This document shows positions 60,824-64,000 of a stretch of 64,000 nucleotides of DNA, piece by piece (position 1 is the stretch's first letter; each line of letters opens with the position of its first letter). Source of the DNA: Anthoceros angustus (taxonomy: Eukaryota; Plantae; Anthocerotophyta). The position numbers were made by a program, and so were the translations under genes. The stretch is from contig MU008155.1 in NCBI GenBank assembly GCA_010909165.1, positions 434,001-498,000 of the forward strand, written 5' to 3'. Under the pieces are notes generated by a model. That model was not told where the DNA came from, made no database searches, and was given only the letters and a program-made list of their open reading frames with translations.

Positions 60824-61790
60824 CGTCGATGCCGGGGACCGAACCCGAGGTGCCCGGGTGATAGGCGAGAAACTCGACGTGCCTATCACCCGGGCACTAC
60901 AACAACTACGCCGATGCCGGATCGAACCCAAGTTCTCCTCGACTGATAGGTGGAAACACCAACAACAGAAACTTTATTTATGTCACTAAGGATGGAAGGA
61001 CCATCATGGAATAGAGATAGTACAGCATAAAAAGAGGAGAAACTTTATTTATGTCACTAAGGATGGAAGGATCATCATGGAATAGAGATAGTACAGCATA
61101 AAAAGAGGAGAAAGAATATATACCTATGTCTGAACTAAAGAGACAGATACTGTGTAAGATGGAAAAAGGGAAGGAAAGCTATGAGAGGCAAAAGAGCTGT
61201 AAAGAATCCAATTGGGTGTGTAAGATGGAAAAAGGGAAGGAAAGCTATGAGAGGCAAAAGAGCTGTAAAGAATCCAATTGGGTCTGCCGAAAATCAAGAA
61301 GCTCAAAGAGACACTTGTCACTACACTATAAGAGCCCAAGTTCCTCTGTCGAAAATCAAGAAGCTCAAAGAGACACTTGTCACTAAACTATAAGAACCCA
61401 AGTTCCTCTGCCGAAAAGCAAGAAGCTTAGAGAGATACTTGTCACTAAACTATGAGAACCCAAGTTCCTCGAGTGATAGGTGGGAACACTTATCACTAAA
61501 CTACATCATGCCAGAATCGAACCCGAGTTGCTGAGTGATAGGTGGAAACACTTATCACTAAACTACAGCATGCCAGAATCAAACCCGAGTTACCTAGTGA
61601 TAGGTGGGAACACTTATCACTATACTACAACAACTCCGCAAATGCCGGAGATCGAACCCGAGTTGTCGAGTGATAGGTGGGAATACTTATCACTACACAA
61701 CAACAACTACGTGGATGCCAGGATCGAACCTAAGTTGCCCAAGTGATAGGCGAGAACATTTATCACTACACTCCTACAACAACAACAACT
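60824..61790 (-). pseudogene. Cluster of ~7 head-to-tail tRNA-Asp-derived units (60824-60966 and 61456-61790) plus more degenerate derivatives and duplicated flanks
   Basis: Reverse complement of 61637-61707 is gttgttgttgtgtagtgataagtattcccacctatcactcgacaactcgggttcgatctccggcatttgcg. It aligns along its length with the plant cytosolic tRNA-Asp(GTC) sequence as recalled; the anticodon position reads ATC. Confidence 0.8.
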
Positions 61791-62138
61791 TTATTTATGT
61801 TCGCTAAGGATAGAAGGACCATCATGGGATAGAAATAATATAGTATAAAAGAGGAAAAAACTGAGTATAAATTCATACGTCTAAACTAAAAAGATTATAA
61901 CTGTTTGAAATGAGATAAAGGAAAAAAAAGGGAAAAAAAATGGAGATTGAAAGCTACAAGGAGTCCAACAAAGCCTGTCGACCGTCAAAAAGCTAATAGA
62001 ACTAGAGTCCAAAAAGCCTAGGAATGTGAAAAGAGAAAAATCTGCGCAGGAAAAACTAGCGCACTCGAAAACAAGAGTGTAACGGGCCCAAAAAGAAGAT
62101 TGTAAGGAGCCCGAAAAGAAGAGTGGATCGAGCATAGG

Positions 62139-64000
62139 TATGGCATACCAAAGAGGACAGAGGGGACGGACATTTTTTTTCTTCTGCAAAACTTTTGGTG
62201 TCCGGTTTGGTAACCCGACCGAAATGGGGTAGCCCAAAGGGGACGCACCAAAGCGGCCACTTCGCGGTCACCGGAAGAAAGAAAGGGAACTTTAGGGTTT
62301 TTCCCCGCACTCACTCTGTTTTTTTCTCCCGCACGCATCAAGAAATTTTTTACGCCTGCACTGCGTAGGGAGCGGACGGGTCATAGCCACCCCGCCTGCT
62401 TTAGGGTTCATATCCTAAGAGGGGGAGGGTGGTTTAGGTGGCGAGGAACATCACCTTGGCGGGGTTGCTTTCACCGACTCACGGGCGGGCAGGCGGGCGA
62501 GGCGGCGAGGCAGGCGGGAGGCGGCGAGCAGGCGGGCAGCGAGGCGAGGGCGGGGCAGGCGGGCAGGCGGGCAGGCGGGCAGGCGGCGGGCGGCGAGGCA
62601 GGCGGCGGTGCAGGCGGGCAGGCGGGGCAAGGCGGGCGGTGCGGCGGCGCGGGCGAGCCCGGCCACCAGGCCAGGCGGGCCGCGGCGTGCCGGGCGAGGG
62701 TTTCTGCGCGGACGCGGGCGGGCGGGCGGCTGCAGTGCCACGAGGCGGGCAGTGAGCTGCGGTCGCGGCGGCGAGGCAGGCGGGGCAAGCGAGCGAGGCG
62801 AGGGCGGGGGCAAGCGGGCTGCGGTGGCCGGGCGGGCCGCGGCGGCGGGCCTTGATGCAGGTGAGGGCAGGCGGTGAAGGAAGGAGGCGGGGCAAGCGGG
62901 CGAGGCGGCGGTGCGGGAGCAGGGGCCCAGCAGGGAGGCGGTGCGGCGGCGCGGCAGGCGGTGCGGGCAGGCGGGGCGTGGAGGCGGGCGGGCGGGGCGC
63001 GGCTGCGAGGGGGGGAGGCACCCACGGTAACAGTCCTGCCCATCCCTACACCAAGCACCAACTAACCTCGTCCGCATTTCTTCGTGCCCATGGTGATGCC
63101 GAATTGTTTGATGCTCGTTTTCTTGCAAACGGCTGACACGCAGATGGTTGCCTGGTGCCACTGTAGGTATTGTTCCAGGCTTACTGCGATTGTGGGCGGG
63201 ATGGCAGGCACCGGCCCACCCTCTCCTCCTCACATGCATGCAGCCGCGCCTGCACCATCGTGAGGCGGGCAGCAGGAGGAGGGTTCCACGATCTCCTCCG
63301 AGCTCACCCGATCCTAATATGTGGAGTGAGTTGTTTCTGGTCTTATGACCCCAAGACATCCTGCATGCGAGGGCTTGATGCTGTTGCGACATCACGGAGG
63401 ACCACAACGACCTCATCGCCACATAGAGAACTACCCCTTGGACTTGAAGTTCTTTTCGGTGAGGGCGTGGTCGCGGTATTTGGGTGGACTGGACTTCCTC
63501 TGCGAGTGCCTTCCAGTGGGCGCACTATTTCATGCATACCCATTTTGATGGGTGGCCATTGAGTCCTAACGATCAACATGAGGCCTCGCGGTCCAAGCAC
63601 CAGTCAGAGGACTTCAAGGTGGATGGCCAAGTTTCACTCCGACGGCTTGACTCACGGGCTCCACAGGTGGCCTCGGCCTCGCCCCCTCACGGATTTCATC
63701 TCAACGTCTTCTCTGAATTGGGCCTTGCCGCCAACCATGTCTTGTGGGAGGAGATGAGCGACCTCTACATCATCGAGGGGCGGTGATCATGGGGTTAGGG
63801 CTGGTCATGTGCTTTAGGCACCGTGGGCGAGGGTTTTGATAGGACTTGATGTCACGAGGCCTTTACGGTTTAGATTTGTAGGTGTCTTGGATCCACTTCC
63901 CACAGTTTGACTTGACCGAATTTTGGCGCTTTTCGTCATTCGTTTATTCTCACCACTCGGCGGATATACGTGCCTCGTTTTCAACTTGGCCTCGGTTCAT
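62139..64000. mobile_element. Left end of a second TIR element related to the 1-15567 element
   Basis: TIR at 62139-62180, subterminal ccaaaggggac/ccaaagcggcca motifs shared with ~15390-15437, G-rich (GGCG/GGCA)n tract at 62480-63020, then degenerate protein-like sequence. Confidence 0.55.

Noticed and set aside
61637-61707. Functional tRNA with ATC anticodon
   Set aside because: Acceptor and anticodon stems are disrupted, so it is treated as a pseudogene unit.

Overview
Eukaryotic nuclear DNA from a land plant. Dense genes with mostly 70-150 nt GT-AG introns suggest a compact lycophyte genome such as Selaginella (inference). A gene-rich island (~21.9-60.6 kb) lies between two repeat-rich, GC-skewed degenerate elements (1-15567 and 62139-64000+) whose facing ends carry the same ~43 bp inverted terminal sequence (TA-TGGCATACCAAAG.GGACAGAGGGGA). 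Genes: methylesterase (MES/SABP2 family), mTERF8/pTAC15-like, CYP72-clan P450, PSKR-like LRR receptor kinase, RPL5/uL18 (with a U12-type intron), small HSP20, DUF1664, UPF0114, PGLP1, mitochondrial-type Obg GTPase, RRP15, Ycf36/CGLD27 and CHLM. Main observations: (1) the intact P450 has Ser in place of the invariant heme-ligating Cys and lacks two heme-binding arginines; (2) ~3 kb away, the intact methylesterase has Cys in place of the catalytic Ser; (3) there is a head-to-tail array of tRNA-Asp-derived units with a perfect 17-bp hairpin; (4) the large TIR element family is unclassified. Homopolymer indels (e.g. in CHLM) suggest long-read errors, so single-base claims need read-level confirmation.
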